The translations under genes were made by a program, and so were the position numbers. 64,000 bases of DNA. Origin: Patescibacteria group bacterium. GTDB taxonomy: Bacteria; Patescibacteriota; UBA1384; UBA12157; JAENIV01. Where the stretch lies: assembly GCA_041666185.1 (NCBI GenBank), contig JBAYHL010000003.1:935-64934 (forward strand). Direction: 5' to 3'. The notes beneath the pieces were generated by a model. It had not been told where the DNA came from. It ran no database searches and saw only the letters and a list, made by a program, of their open reading frames with translations. This document shows positions 49,072 through 59,100 of the stretch, one piece after another (within the stretch, counting starts at the first letter, position 1; every line of letters begins with the position of its first letter).

Positions 49072-50187
49072 ATGAAAAGAAACATATCGAAAATGTTAAA
49101 ACGCTGTTTGATTTATAGTTTGATTTTGATTTTTGGTTTGCCATTTGGAGCAATTGCTTTCGGTGCGGATAAGGCTTCGGCATCAGAAAAAAAGGTCAGT
49201 GTATCGAAAGCCGAGTTTTCAAAAAAAACCACTTCCGAACCAGAGAAAGCAATAGTTCAAAAAGACATTACATCTCCACTGCCTCCAAAAATCGAAGGTT
49301 TTGCACAAGATAGAGTTTATCTTCAAGGCCAAAAAATTGATTTAAACATGTTCTTCAAAGGAGAGAAAAATTTGGACGTTTGGGCAAATACAAGTGTCCT
49401 TGATCCAAGTTTTCCAGAAAAATTAAATGCCTTACCTGTTGGAGATGGTATTTGGCACCTTGAAACACCAAAATTGACCGAAAATCTAAATATAAAAACT
49501 TCTGGTTTTACGATTTATGCCACAGATCCAAGTGGTAATAGTATTAATCAACAGGTTAAAATTGTCTTAAAACAGTCGCCAAAGATGGCAAATGTTACCC
49601 ACAGTCTTTCAACTGACAACGAGTTAACTCTTAGTTGGAATTATTCTAAATTAGTTGAGCAGTATTTGGTTGAATGGAATATTTATGGCGAAAGTAATGT
49701 TTCACAAAAAGTTTTAAATGGTAATTTAACTGGCACGAAGATTAATAATCTCCAATCAGGAACATCTTATGTTGTTAAGGTTTTGATTCTAAAAAAAGGT
49801 GAAAAGGGGAGAGTTACAGAGCTTAATGTAAAAACTTCCGGAATTTCACCAAAAAGTGTTATTGGAACTTCGTCTATTAATAACACATTAACAACAAAGA
49901 CCACGCCTTCAATTGGAAACGGTGTTGCGACGACTAAAAGAGTTGCTCAAACACCAAAATCTGATGCAAATGTAACGCCAGAGGCTACTACTAGCCCCAC
50001 TCCTAGCCCGACACCTTCCGAAAAAGGTGCGGCAGCAGGTGGTTGGAGTAAACTCTTGGTTGCTTTAAGTATTTTAATTATTGCTGCTGGCGCAGCTCTT
50101 GGTGGGTATTATGGTTATGAATGGTTAATGCTTCGTTCGAAAGACAAAGAAGATAGAGAACCACCAGAATCAAACAGTCGTTGGTGA
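49072..50187 (+). CDS. Secreted/surface protein with an N-terminal signal, an FN3-like domain, an S/T/P-rich linker and a C-terminal TM anchor
   Basis: Signal-like N-terminus. C-terminal hydrophobic helix LLVALSILIIAAGAALGG followed by a charged tail. Confidence 0.55.
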   Translation: MKRNISKMLKRCLIYSLILIFGLPFGAIAFGADKASASEKKVSVSKAEFSKKTTSEPEKAIVQKDITSPLPPKIEGFAQDRVYLQGQKIDLNMFFKGEKNLDVWANTSVLDPSFPEKLNALPVGDGIWHLETPKLTENLNIKTSGFTIYATDPSGNSINQQVKIVLKQSPKMANVTHSLSTDNELTLSWNYSKLVEQYLVEWNIYGESNVSQKVLNGNLTGTKINNLQSGTSYVVKVLILKKGEKGRVTELNVKTSGISPKSVIGTSSINNTLTTKTTPSIGNGVATTKRVAQTPKSDANVTPEATTSPTPSPTPSEKGAAAGGWSKLLVALSILIIAAGAALGGYYGYEWLMLRSKDKEDREPPESNSRW

Positions 50188-50209
50188 TCACTCACATTGT
50201 ATGTAAACA

Positions 50210-50240
50210 AAAGCCCCGTAATTTGACGGGGTTTTTGTTT
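50210..50240 (+). terminator. Rho-independent terminator
   Basis: Stem CCCCGT/ACGGGG plus T-run. Confidence 0.7.
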
Positions 50241-50277
50241 ATTATATAGTATACTATATATAGTAGGTGCATAGTTA

Positions 50278-50700
50278 ATGATGAAATTTAATCAAAATAA
50301 AATATTGTCTAAAATTACTAAGGTAGGGGTTTATCTTGGAGTTTTTTGGGTGCTTTTTTTGTTGGGCCGGGCTATTTGGCAAAATTGGGATTTAAAACAT
50401 TCAATTTACAAGTTAAATGAACAAATTGTGATTCTGAACCAACAAAAAAAAGATTTAGAAAATCTTAATTTATATTATCAGTCGGATTCTTTTAAAGAAT
50501 TAGAGGCGCGTAAACTATTGGGACTTAAAAAATCAGGAGAAAAACTGGTTATTTTACCAATAGAAACTCCTAAAGCAGAATCATCGGCTGCTAATAGTTT
50601 TCCGGAACAACTCAATAAAGAAAAAGAAACAGTGGCGGGAGTAACAGCGCCAACAAGAATTCCTAACTGGCTTTTATGGTGGCAATACTTTACTAAGTAA
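50278..50700 (+). CDS. FtsB/DivIC-like septum formation initiator
   Basis: N-terminal TM helix, a coiled coil, and the ELEARKLLGLKKSGEKLVIL motif. Confidence 0.55.
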   Translation: MMKFNQNKILSKITKVGVYLGVFWVLFLLGRAIWQNWDLKHSIYKLNEQIVILNQQKKDLENLNLYYQSDSFKELEARKLLGLKKSGEKLVILPIETPKAESSAANSFPEQLNKEKETVAGVTAPTRIPNWLLWWQYFTK

Positions 50701-50731
50701 AAATCCTTAAGTTCTCTCGAATATCGCAACA

Positions 50732-50790
50732 TTGACAGGCGGTCTTTTTTGTGATATACTGTCTTAATGTCATAAAAAGACACCTTAAAA
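50732..50790 (+). promoter_or_regulatory. Consensus promoter TTGACA-17-TGaTATACT (extended -10) and conserved leader for the CAP-domain gene. Inverted copy of the ldt promoter module.
   Basis: ttgaca at 50732-50737 and tatact at 50755-50760. Leader GTCTTAATGTCATAAAAAGACACCTTAAAAC. The RBS/start context GGAGGGGCAATGAA is shared with ldt. Confidence 0.55.
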
Positions 50791-50874
50791 CAAAAATAAA
50801 AGGAAAGCGTCCCCCTACGCCCTGACGGGCTTCGGAGGGACTTCCCCGATATTGCATCGGGGAGCGGAGGGGCA

Positions 50875-51942
50875 ATGAATAAAATTCAATTCAAAGCAAT
50901 TAAATATATATTTGGTCTTGTTGTTTTTATTAGTACTCTTATTTTTAATATTTCTTTTGCGAGCGCGGCAACTTATTCAGCTGATACCTTAGTTAGTTTA
51001 ACTAATGAATCTAGATCTCAAAACGGATTAGGCAATCTATTAGCAAATTCTAAATTATCTAATGCTGCTTATGCGAAAGCTCAAGACATTTTAGCTAAAG
51101 ATTATTTTGCTCACAATTCCCCAGATGGTAAAACCCCTTGGGATTTTATTAATGAATCTGGTTATGTTTATACTTATGCTGGCGAAAACTTAGCAATTGG
51201 TTACAGTGACGCTAATGAACTTTTTACAGCTTGGATGAATTCACCAACTCATAGAGAAAATATCTTAGGTCCAAACTATCGTGAAATTGGTATTGCGGTG
51301 GTTTCTGGTGAATTTCAAGGTGCTGAGACGATTGTTGCTGTTCAGGAATTTGGTACGGCTGCAGAAGGAAATTTAGCTGAACAACAAGTTGCTGCTCAGC
51401 TTTCAACACCAACACCTTCGCCATCAGTTACTGCTTCGCCAACATCTATTCCAACAGGAGCAAAAAGTTTTGAATTTATTAAAGATAAAACCGCTTTTAC
51501 TCCTAACAGCATTTTTTCTGGTGAGGAAGTAGAATTTAAAGTTACAATTTCTGGTGAAGTTAAATCTCTTGAAGCTCAGGTATTTGATAAAAAATATAAT
51601 CTCTTAGAAGCAGCTAGCGTAACTGGTTCTGGTAAAGAAAAAACATATACTTTAGATCAAAAAATTGAAAATAATGGCACTTCCGAAGTTAAGATTTTGG
51701 CGACTGATAATAATGGTAATTCGGACACTTTAAGTTTCGGTACTTTAAATGTTAAAGAAACGGTGATTAGTAAAGATCAGCCTGAAAAAATTAGTTTAAT
51801 TGCCGGTTTTAAGCAATCTTTCAAATTGTACTGGTTTGTTTATTTAGCAGTTTCAGTTTTAATTGCTTTAGCAATTGCTTTTTACTTTATTTCAAAAAGA
51901 AGCAGATTTAATGGTGGTCTTCTTACTTCTTGGCGTTTCTAA
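50875..51942 (+). CDS. CAP/SCP (YkwD-like) domain secreted protein with a C-terminal membrane anchor
   Basis: CAP motifs ...KDYFAHNSPDGKTPWDFI...GENLAIGY...WMNSPTHRENIL. C-terminal TM helix. Confidence 0.65.
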   Translation: MNKIQFKAIKYIFGLVVFISTLIFNISFASAATYSADTLVSLTNESRSQNGLGNLLANSKLSNAAYAKAQDILAKDYFAHNSPDGKTPWDFINESGYVYTYAGENLAIGYSDANELFTAWMNSPTHRENILGPNYREIGIAVVSGEFQGAETIVAVQEFGTAAEGNLAEQQVAAQLSTPTPSPSVTASPTSIPTGAKSFEFIKDKTAFTPNSIFSGEEVEFKVTISGEVKSLEAQVFDKKYNLLEAASVTGSGKEKTYTLDQKIENNGTSEVKILATDNNGNSDTLSFGTLNVKETVISKDQPEKISLIAGFKQSFKLYWFVYLAVSVLIALAIAFYFISKRSRFNGGLLTSWRF

Positions 51943-52045
51943 GACAATACACACCTTGATTTTACAAGCTCTCTTTGCTAAAATAACTATAGAGCTAAAT
52001 TTCTTGAGGCTTTTTGAGTAAGATTAGCTTCAAGTTTTTTAATAT

Positions 52046-52120
52046 CGCGGGGTGGAGAAGTAGTATCTCGTCAGGCTCATAACCTGAAGATCAGCGGTGC
52101 AATTCCGTTCCCCGCTACCA
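52046..52120 (+). tRNA. Initiator tRNA-fMet (anticodon CAT), CCA encoded
   Basis: Close similarity to bacterial tRNA-fMet. CGCGGGG acceptor with an unpaired 1:72 position (C:U). Anticodon loop CTCATAA. Confidence 0.7.
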
Positions 52121-52170
52121 AATTATCTTTAAAGACGGCCCAAGTGAGTTTACTCTGAGGATAACGAAGG

Positions 52171-52245
52171 GGCTGAGTAGCTCAGTGGTAGAGCGAGGTC
52201 TTCATAAGGCCGAGGTCGCAGGTTCGAATCCTGCCTTAGCCACCA
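52171..52245 (+). tRNA. tRNA-Met (anticodon CAT; elongator type by acceptor similarity, but an Ile2/lysidine tRNA cannot be excluded)
   Basis: Acceptor GGCTGAG/CTTAGCC (one G:U pair). D-arm GCTC-AGTGGTA-GAGC. Anticodon loop TTCATAA. T-arm GCAGG-TTCGAAT-CCTGC. Ends ACCA. Confidence 0.65.
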
Positions 52246-52275
52246 TTTCAAAATTTTTAAATAAAACTTTTTATC

Positions 52276-54069
52276 ATGAATATAAATTTAAAATCAAGTT
52301 GTTTTCGAAATATTTTTTATTTAATTACTGTTGTTGTCTTTGCCTTAATTATTTATTCTTTAGTTGTGCCACTCAACCGCTCAGAAACAAAAGAAGTGCC
52401 AGTTTCTCAAATTGCTAAAGAGGTGAGTGATAATCAAGTTTCTTCTATTACGGTTGATCAAAATCAAATAACTGCTAAGTTAAAAGACGGCACAGAAATT
52501 AAATCTTATAAAGAATCCGGAGTCGGTCTAAAAGACTACGGTATTACCTCCGACAAGGTGAGTATTGATGTTAAAAATCCTGATCGAGGGAATTTTTGGT
52601 CCTCATTTTTATCAATTATTTTACCTTTTCTTTTGATTGGCGGTATTTTATATTTTATGCTTCGTCAGGCCCAGGTTGGCAACAATAAGGCTATGTCTTT
52701 TGGTCAATCGAGAGCCAGACTTTTTACCCCAGGAGCTAAGAAAACTACATTTAAAGATGTTGCTGGTCTGATTGAGCCAAAACAAGAGCTACAAGAAGTA
52801 GTAGAATTTTTAAAAACCCCAGCTAAATTTAAAAGTCTTGGCGCAGAAATTCCTAAAGGTGTTTTGCTAGTTGGTCCACCAGGTTGTGGTAAAACACTTT
52901 TAGCCAGAGCGGTTGCCGGAGAGGCTAATGTGCCATTTTTCTCAATCTCTGCTTCTGAATTTGTCGAAATGTTTGTTGGGGTTGGGGCTGCAAGAGTTAG
53001 GGATTTGTTTTTAAAAGCTAAAAGAAATTCCCCGGCAATTTTATTTATCGATGAACTAGATGCCATTGGGCGACAACGTGGGTCAGGTCTTGGTGGTTCT
53101 CATGACGAAAGAGAACAAACTTTAAACCAAATCTTGGTTGAAATGGATGGTTTTGAAACAGATACTCGGGTAATTGTTATGGCAGCAACCAATCGGCCAG
53201 ATGTTTTAGATCCGGCTTTACTTCGACCGGGTCGGTTTGATAGACGAATTGTCATTGACCTACCCGATATTAAAGAAAGAGAAGCAATTTTAAAAATTCA
53301 TTCTCACGGCAAACCTTTTGCCAAAGATGCTGATTTAGAAAAACTTGCTCGCTCAACCGTTGGTCTTTCAGGAGCTGATTTAAGAAATGTTGTTAATGAA
53401 GCGGCTATTTTAGCAGCTAGAAATGGCTTAAAAGAAATCAGACAAGATGAATTAAATTCATCGATTGAAAAAGTTATTCTCGGACCAGAGAGAAAATCAC
53501 ATCTTCTTTCGGAGCAAGAGAAAGAAATTTCCGCCTTTCATGAGGTAGGCCATGCAATTATTGGCAAAAGTTTACCTAACTGCGATCCTATTCACAAAGT
53601 TTCTATTGTTTCTCGCGGAATGGCTTTAGGGTACACTTGGTCTTTACCAACAGAAGATAAGAAACTTTATTCAAGAGCTAAGTTCCAAGATGAAGTCGCT
53701 CAATTATTGGGTGGTTATGTAGCCGAAAAAATAATTTTTGGTGATGTAACAACCGGTGCTCAAAACGATTTAAAGAGGGCAACACAAATTGCTCGTGATA
53801 TGGTAATGGTTTACGGAATGTCAGATAAAATTGGGCCAATTGTTTTAGGTGAAAAAGAAGAAATGATCTTTTTAGGCCGAGAGATTTCCGAACAAAGAAA
53901 CTATTCAGAAAGCAAAGCTGCTCAAATTGACGAAGAAGTAGCTAAAATTATTACCGATGCGCAGAAAGTGGCGGCAAAGATTTTACAAAATAAAAAAGTA
54001 TCTTTAAAAAGAATAACAAAAGATTTAATTAAATTGGAAACTATTGAAGGCGACAAGCTAAAAATTTAA
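52276..54069 (+). CDS. ftsH: ATP-dependent zinc metalloprotease FtsH
   Basis: Walker A GPPGCGKT, second region of homology (SRH), and HEVGHA zinc motif. Confidence 0.9.
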   Translation: MNINLKSSCFRNIFYLITVVVFALIIYSLVVPLNRSETKEVPVSQIAKEVSDNQVSSITVDQNQITAKLKDGTEIKSYKESGVGLKDYGITSDKVSIDVKNPDRGNFWSSFLSIILPFLLIGGILYFMLRQAQVGNNKAMSFGQSRARLFTPGAKKTTFKDVAGLIEPKQELQEVVEFLKTPAKFKSLGAEIPKGVLLVGPPGCGKTLLARAVAGEANVPFFSISASEFVEMFVGVGAARVRDLFLKAKRNSPAILFIDELDAIGRQRGSGLGGSHDEREQTLNQILVEMDGFETDTRVIVMAATNRPDVLDPALLRPGRFDRRIVIDLPDIKEREAILKIHSHGKPFAKDADLEKLARSTVGLSGADLRNVVNEAAILAARNGLKEIRQDELNSSIEKVILGPERKSHLLSEQEKEISAFHEVGHAIIGKSLPNCDPIHKVSIVSRGMALGYTWSLPTEDKKLYSRAKFQDEVAQLLGGYVAEKIIFGDVTTGAQNDLKRATQIARDMVMVYGMSDKIGPIVLGEKEEMIFLGREISEQRNYSESKAAQIDEEVAKIITDAQKVAAKILQNKKVSLKRITKDLIKLETIEGDKLKI

Positions 54070-54078
54070 GGAGGGAAA

Positions 54079-54201
54079 ATGATAGAAGTTGCAGGGATTA
54101 CTATTACACCAAAATTTATTTGGCTTGTTTATCTAATTATCTCTTTGAGTGTTACTGGTATAGTTGGTTATTTCTGGTTTTGGCGTAAACGTAAATCTTA
54201 A
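54079..54201 (+). CDS. Small hydrophobic peptide, 40 aa (MIEVAGITITPKFIWLVYLIISLSVTGIVGYFWFWRKRKS); not in the ORF track
   Basis: RBS aaggaggg sits 7 nt upstream of the ATG, directly after the ftsH stop. One TM helix and a basic tail. Confidence 0.4.
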   Translation: MIEVAGITITPKFIWLVYLIISLSVTGIVGYFWFWRKRKS

Positions 54202-54245
54202 ATTTAAACCTTGTTTTAAGTGTTTAAATCTCGTAGAATGGACTT

Positions 54246-55844
54246 ATGAGAAAATTTTTAAGCTTTTTGGGAGGCAAGAATTCTTATCTTAGCGCTTCCC
54301 TAATTCTTATCGTAACCCTTTTTTTGTCAAATGTTTTAGGAGTGTTGCGAGACCACTATTTGACTCAAAAAATTCCTACAGATATTTTATCGACTTACTA
54401 TGCTGCTTTCAGGATTCCTGATCTCTTGTTTAATGTTCTAATTTTAGGCGCAATATCGTCAGCTTTTATTCCGGTTTTTTCGAGTCTTGTTTATCAAAAA
54501 AAAGAAAGTGAGGCTTGGAAAGTTGCTAGCTCGGTTATTAACATTGCTATTTTAAGCTTAATAATTTTTTGTTTGATTTTAGGCGTTTTAATGCCATATA
54601 TTGCTCCAGTATTTGTGCCAGGGTTCAATCAAGAAGAACTTTCGCTTACAGTTAAATTAACTCGAATAATGTTGGCTTCGCCAATCTTTTTTGGTCTTTC
54701 TTATATCTTTGGAGCTATTCTAAATTCTTATAAAAGATTTTTAGTTTATTCTCTAGCGCCTCTTATTTATAATTTATCAATTATTTTGGGAACATTATTT
54801 CTTTCGCCACGCATTGGTGTTGTGGGGGTAGCAATTGCCGTTGTTGTGGGTGCTTTTCTACATATGTCAATCCAAATTCCAGTTGCTATAAGGCTTGGGT
54901 TTAAATGGGAGATGGTGGCTGATTTTAAAAATAGTTTTGTTAGAAAAATTGGTATCTTGATGTTTCCGCGAGCAATTGGCTTGGGCGCTAATCAAATAAT
55001 GCTTTTGTTTTTTACTAGCATTGCTTCTGTTTTAGGTGGTTCGGCAATTGCGATTTATAATTTGGCTGATAATATTCAAACCATGCCAATGGTAGTTTTT
55101 GGAACTTCTTTTGCAATGGCAATTTTTCCAACTCTTTCAGAAAAAATTTCTCATAATGATTGGCAAGGTTTTAGAAACGATTTTACTAAAACTCTGCGAT
55201 CAATTCTTTTTTTCATTGTTCCGATGGTTTTTGGTATTATTCTTCTTAGAGCGCAAATAGTAAGAATTATTTTAGGTTCTGGTCATTTTGGTTGGCAACA
55301 AACCATCGATACCGCTAACACTTTAGGTTATTTTGCTCTCTCCCTTGTTTTTACAAGCACAGTTCCGCTCCTTGCTAGGGCATCTTACGCTTTACATAAT
55401 ACTAAAATACCTATGATGGTAACGGTTATTACGGTTATTATCTCAGTAATTACTGGTAAAATTTTAGCAGGTTCAATGGGCGTTCTTGGTCTAGCATTAG
55501 CGTATTCCATTGGTTCATTTTTTAATGCTTCAATTTTATATTTACTTTTAAGAAAAAAAATACAAATAACAGAATGGCCAGTGGTGGCATTCTTTTTAAA
55601 AGTTCTTTTAGCTTCACTTATTATGGCGGTTGCCTTGCAAGAGACAAAGTTTGTAATGGCGATTTTTGTTGACATGACTCGTTTTTGGGGAGTGCTAATT
55701 CAAACGTTGGCAAGCACCGCGATAGCAGTTTTGATCTATTTAGTTTTAACTTGGATATTTGGTTGCGAAGAAACTTCTTCTATAAAAGTGATTTTTGGTC
55801 GTTTTCGAGGAAAGGTGGTTAGAGATGAAGAACCAGGAAGATGA
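54246..55844 (+). CDS. murJ: Lipid II flippase MurJ (MviN)
   Basis: 532-aa polytopic protein with a MurJ-like N-terminus. Confidence 0.75.
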   Translation: MRKFLSFLGGKNSYLSASLILIVTLFLSNVLGVLRDHYLTQKIPTDILSTYYAAFRIPDLLFNVLILGAISSAFIPVFSSLVYQKKESEAWKVASSVINIAILSLIIFCLILGVLMPYIAPVFVPGFNQEELSLTVKLTRIMLASPIFFGLSYIFGAILNSYKRFLVYSLAPLIYNLSIILGTLFLSPRIGVVGVAIAVVVGAFLHMSIQIPVAIRLGFKWEMVADFKNSFVRKIGILMFPRAIGLGANQIMLLFFTSIASVLGGSAIAIYNLADNIQTMPMVVFGTSFAMAIFPTLSEKISHNDWQGFRNDFTKTLRSILFFIVPMVFGIILLRAQIVRIILGSGHFGWQQTIDTANTLGYFALSLVFTSTVPLLARASYALHNTKIPMMVTVITVIISVITGKILAGSMGVLGLALAYSIGSFFNASILYLLLRKKIQITEWPVVAFFLKVLLASLIMAVALQETKFVMAIFVDMTRFWGVLIQTLASTAIAVLIYLVLTWIFGCEETSSIKVIFGRFRGKVVRDEEPGR

Positions 55845-56442
55845 ATTCTATTCTGAGCTAGATAAAAAAGCGCTCCATAAAAGTTGTTGTACTTTTCAAA
55901 CAATGATTCTCTTTTTTGTTGGTTTATTGGTGCTGGCAATTATTGGTACGTTTTATTGTTATAATCAAATCAAAAAAATAAACTTTCCTTCTAAGATTGT
56001 CGCCTCAACGTTTCAAGATAAAGATAGTTTTTACGAAAAAATAAAATCCTCGGATTTGCAAGAAAATATTGAAATAACCATAACACAAGAAGAATTAACT
56101 GCTGTAACTTCAGGGGGGTTATCGGGCAGGAATTTTATTATTAAGAATACCCAAGTTATTATTAATGAAAATAGTGTTGATATTTTTGGAACATTAACAA
56201 AACCATTAAGTTCTCAAATAAAAATTGTTACAGTTCCAAAAGTAAATAGTGGTAAAGTTAAATTTGAAGTTCAAAAATTTACTGCTGGTAATCTTTCCAT
56301 GCCAAAATTTATTAGTGATAAAATAGCAGAATCTATTAGCAAGACGATGGATGAAAATTTCTCAGAATTCTATACAAATTATGAAGTTGAAAACATCAAT
56401 CTTTTTGATGGTAAAATGATCATAAGTGGAAAATTAAAATAA
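55795..56442 (+). CDS. Membrane-anchored hypothetical protein
   Basis: One TM helix. Overlaps the murJ 3' end. Confidence 0.45.
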   Translation: MVVFEERWLEMKNQEDEFYSELDKKALHKSCCTFQTMILFFVGLLVLAIIGTFYCYNQIKKINFPSKIVASTFQDKDSFYEKIKSSDLQENIEITITQEELTAVTSGGLSGRNFIIKNTQVIINENSVDIFGTLTKPLSSQIKIVTVPKVNSGKVKFEVQKFTAGNLSMPKFISDKIAESISKTMDENFSEFYTNYEVENINLFDGKMIISGKLK

Positions 56443-56466
56443 TAAAGCGACTGAAGGGAGCGTTTC

Positions 56467-56727
56467 ATGCAGCAAGCTTTTTTGCTAATCATTTCAATTT
56501 TAGGGGCAATTTATTCTTTTACAACACATCAAACAAAAATTGGTTTCGGGCTTTTAATTATTGGTATTTCTTTTATTTTTTCAATTCCTGGTTTAGTTAC
56601 TGGTGTTTGGGCTGATGTTTTTGAGGCGATTACAATGGTTGTTTTCGCTCTAGGGGTCTTTGTGATTGTTTTTCAAAAAAAAGTGGTTGGCAAGAAAGAA
56701 GAATCGTCTAAGCAAGAAAATGAATAA
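56467..56727 (+). CDS. Small membrane protein, hypothetical
   Basis: Two hydrophobic helices. Confidence 0.45.
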   Translation: MQQAFLLIISILGAIYSFTTHQTKIGFGLLIIGISFIFSIPGLVTGVWADVFEAITMVVFALGVFVIVFQKKVVGKKEESSKQENE

Positions 56728-57655
56728 AGATAAAATTTTAGTCACAAGTAATGCCAATCCCGATTTAGATGGCTACGCCTCAGCCATTGGCTACACGGAT
56801 TTACTTAAAAAACAAGGGAAAAATGCTCAGGCAATTTTATTGGGTAATTTTTCCGATGAAATTATTTTTGTTGCTAATTATCTTAAAGAAAAGGTTTTAC
56901 CAGTTTTCGAAGGTAATTTAGATCAATTTGATCAAATTATTATGGTGGACACAAGTTTTTTAGGAACTTTAGGGAAAGAAATTAGTCCTCAAAAACTTAA
57001 GGAAATTATTGATCATCGAATAGCTAATGAGTCTCATCTTTATCCATGGGCAAAAGTTCAAATTGAGCTCGTTGGTTCTTGCGCAACTTTAATTGTCGAA
57101 AAATATAAAAAAACAAAAATTGAACCCAGCAAAGAAATAGCAGTTTATCTTTATGGAGCGATTGCTTCTAATACGATTAATTTTAAAAGTAATCTTACAA
57201 CCAAAAGAGATATTGTGGCTGCCAACTATCTTAAGAAACTGACAAAAATTCCGGATAATTTTATCAATCAAATGTTTGTCTTTAAATCTGATCTAACTGG
57301 TGAAAAACTTTTTAAACAAATGACACACGATGTTCTTGATCACTTAGAGTTTAATAATAAAAAAATTTTTATTTTTCAAATAGAGTCTGCTAATTGCAAA
57401 GATTTGATTGAAAATAGAATTAATGAAATTAACAACTTTGTTTTTAAAAGTCTCAAAGGTAAAAATATTGATTTCGTTTTTACTAATATTATAGATATTG
57501 TCGAAGGATATAATTATATTATTTCAATGGATGAGAAAACAAGAAAATTTTTAGAAGATGTTTTGGGGTTAGAATTTAATAATAATGTAGCAAAAACAGA
57601 CAGTATTATTATGCGTAAAGAAATAGTTGCAAAAATAAAAGATTATTTTTGTTAA
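56720..57655 (+). CDS. DHH-family protein resembling family II inorganic pyrophosphatase (PpaC) with substituted active-site motifs
   Basis: NANPDLDGYASAIGY, IMVDTS and IIDHRIANE align to PpaC motifs H-x-PD-x-D, DHN and DHH. The start overlaps the upstream stop (ATGAATAA). Confidence 0.5.
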   Translation: MNKDKILVTSNANPDLDGYASAIGYTDLLKKQGKNAQAILLGNFSDEIIFVANYLKEKVLPVFEGNLDQFDQIIMVDTSFLGTLGKEISPQKLKEIIDHRIANESHLYPWAKVQIELVGSCATLIVEKYKKTKIEPSKEIAVYLYGAIASNTINFKSNLTTKRDIVAANYLKKLTKIPDNFINQMFVFKSDLTGEKLFKQMTHDVLDHLEFNNKKIFIFQIESANCKDLIENRINEINNFVFKSLKGKNIDFVFTNIIDIVEGYNYIISMDEKTRKFLEDVLGLEFNNNVAKTDSIIMRKEIVAKIKDYFC

Positions 57656-57711
57656 CCCTAAATTTACTAAGCAGTCTCGCTAACAGAAGAAAAATGTGCT
57701 AAAATTAGAGT

Positions 57712-59100
57712 ATGGAAAAAATTAATTTTGAAATTGAACGTAAAATAACTCCTTTAGAAGAAGCGGCCTTTGGTATTGTTAGAGTTTTGCAAGAAAAAGG
57801 ATTCGAGGCCTATATTGCCGGTGGGGCAGTTAGAGATTTTTATTTAGGAAAAGATCCTCATGATATTGATATTGCCACTTCAGCAAAACCAGAAGAAGTT
57901 AAGGAAATATTTCCGTCTAGTTACGATCGAGGTAAAGCTTTTGGTGTAATGGCAGTTAATATAGAAGATTTCGAATTTGAAGTTGCAACTTTCCGTAGCG
58001 ATATTGGTATCGCTGATCATCGCCGCCCAGAGAAAATAGAATTCACAACGGCAGAGAAAGATGCTCAAAGGCGTGATTTTACTATCAACGCTCTTTTTTA
58101 CGATCCGGAAAAATTGCAAATTATCGATTTTGTTGATGGTATAAAAGATTTGGAAAATAAAATTGTTCGGTTTGTTGGAATCCCAGAAGAAAGAATCGAA
58201 GAAGATTATTTAAGAATGCTTAGAGCAATAAGATTTACCTATCGATTTGAGTTTAGCTTAGAAGAAAAAACTCAAAAAGCGATTATTAAAAATGCTTCGA
58301 AAATTGGAGAAATTTCTATTGAAAGAATCCGTGAAGAATTGACATTAATTATAACTGGTTTAAATAGGAAAGAAGCTTTAATTAAATTGTTAGAATCAGG
58401 TTTGGTAAAAACTATACTTCCGGAATTAGAAAAATTAAAAGGTGTAGAGCAACCACCAGAATTTCATAGTGAAGGTGATGTTTTGGCTCATACTTTAATG
58501 GCGATGGAGTCTTTAGAAAATCCATCAGCCGAGCTTGCTTGGACAGTTTTGCTCCACGATATCGGAAAGCCTGACACTCAAGGTTTTCGTGATCATCCTA
58601 AAAGTAAAATTACTTTTTTTGAACATGACATCTTGAGTGCTAAAATGACGAATGAAATTTTGCAGAGATTAAAGTTTTCTAATGAATTTATTGATTCGTG
58701 TGTTTGGGCAATCACGCAGCACATGCGGATTGTTCATGCTTTTCAGGGAATGTCAGAAAGAAAACAAAAAAAACTTTTTACTAATTCACATATTCAATTA
58801 TTGTTAGATCTAACAAAGGCTGATTTGGGCTCATCAATTAGACCTGATGGCCAACCAGAAATAGGGATGTATTTTGAAGCCTTAAAGAAAAAAGAGCAGT
58901 TTGAAAAGCAGGCCAATGAAGAAGAAAAAGAACAATTGAAAAAATTTACATTAATTACCGGTCAAGATATTATAGAAATTTTAAATATTACTGCTGGTCC
59001 TAAAGTGGGGGAGATAAAAAAGAAAATTGAAGAAGCCTTTTTAGAAGGTACGATTTCTACTCGTGAAGAAGCCCTGAAAATGATAGAGGATTTAAAATAA
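57712..59100 (+). CDS. cca: CCA-adding tRNA nucleotidyltransferase with an HD domain
   Basis: GGAVRDFYLGKDPHDIDIAT head domain. HD motif ...LLHDIGK. Confidence 0.8.
   Translation: MEKINFEIERKITPLEEAAFGIVRVLQEKGFEAYIAGGAVRDFYLGKDPHDIDIATSAKPEEVKEIFPSSYDRGKAFGVMAVNIEDFEFEVATFRSDIGIADHRRPEKIEFTTAEKDAQRRDFTINALFYDPEKLQIIDFVDGIKDLENKIVRFVGIPEERIEEDYLRMLRAIRFTYRFEFSLEEKTQKAIIKNASKIGEISIERIREELTLIITGLNRKEALIKLLESGLVKTILPELEKLKGVEQPPEFHSEGDVLAHTLMAMESLENPSAELAWTVLLHDIGKPDTQGFRDHPKSKITFFEHDILSAKMTNEILQRLKFSNEFIDSCVWAITQHMRIVHAFQGMSERKQKKLFTNSHIQLLLDLTKADLGSSIRPDGQPEIGMYFEALKKKEQFEKQANEEEKEQLKKFTLITGQDIIEILNITAGPKVGEIKKKIEEAFLEGTISTREEALKMIEDLK

Noticed and set aside
50693-50875. Minus-strand ORF of 60 aa
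   Set aside because: Translation of the conserved promoter and leader inverted repeat. It shares the FMTLRQYI peptide with ORF 48459 only because of the DNA repeat.
52185-52418. 77-aa ORF (+)
   Set aside because: It starts inside tRNA-Met and overlaps the ftsH start.
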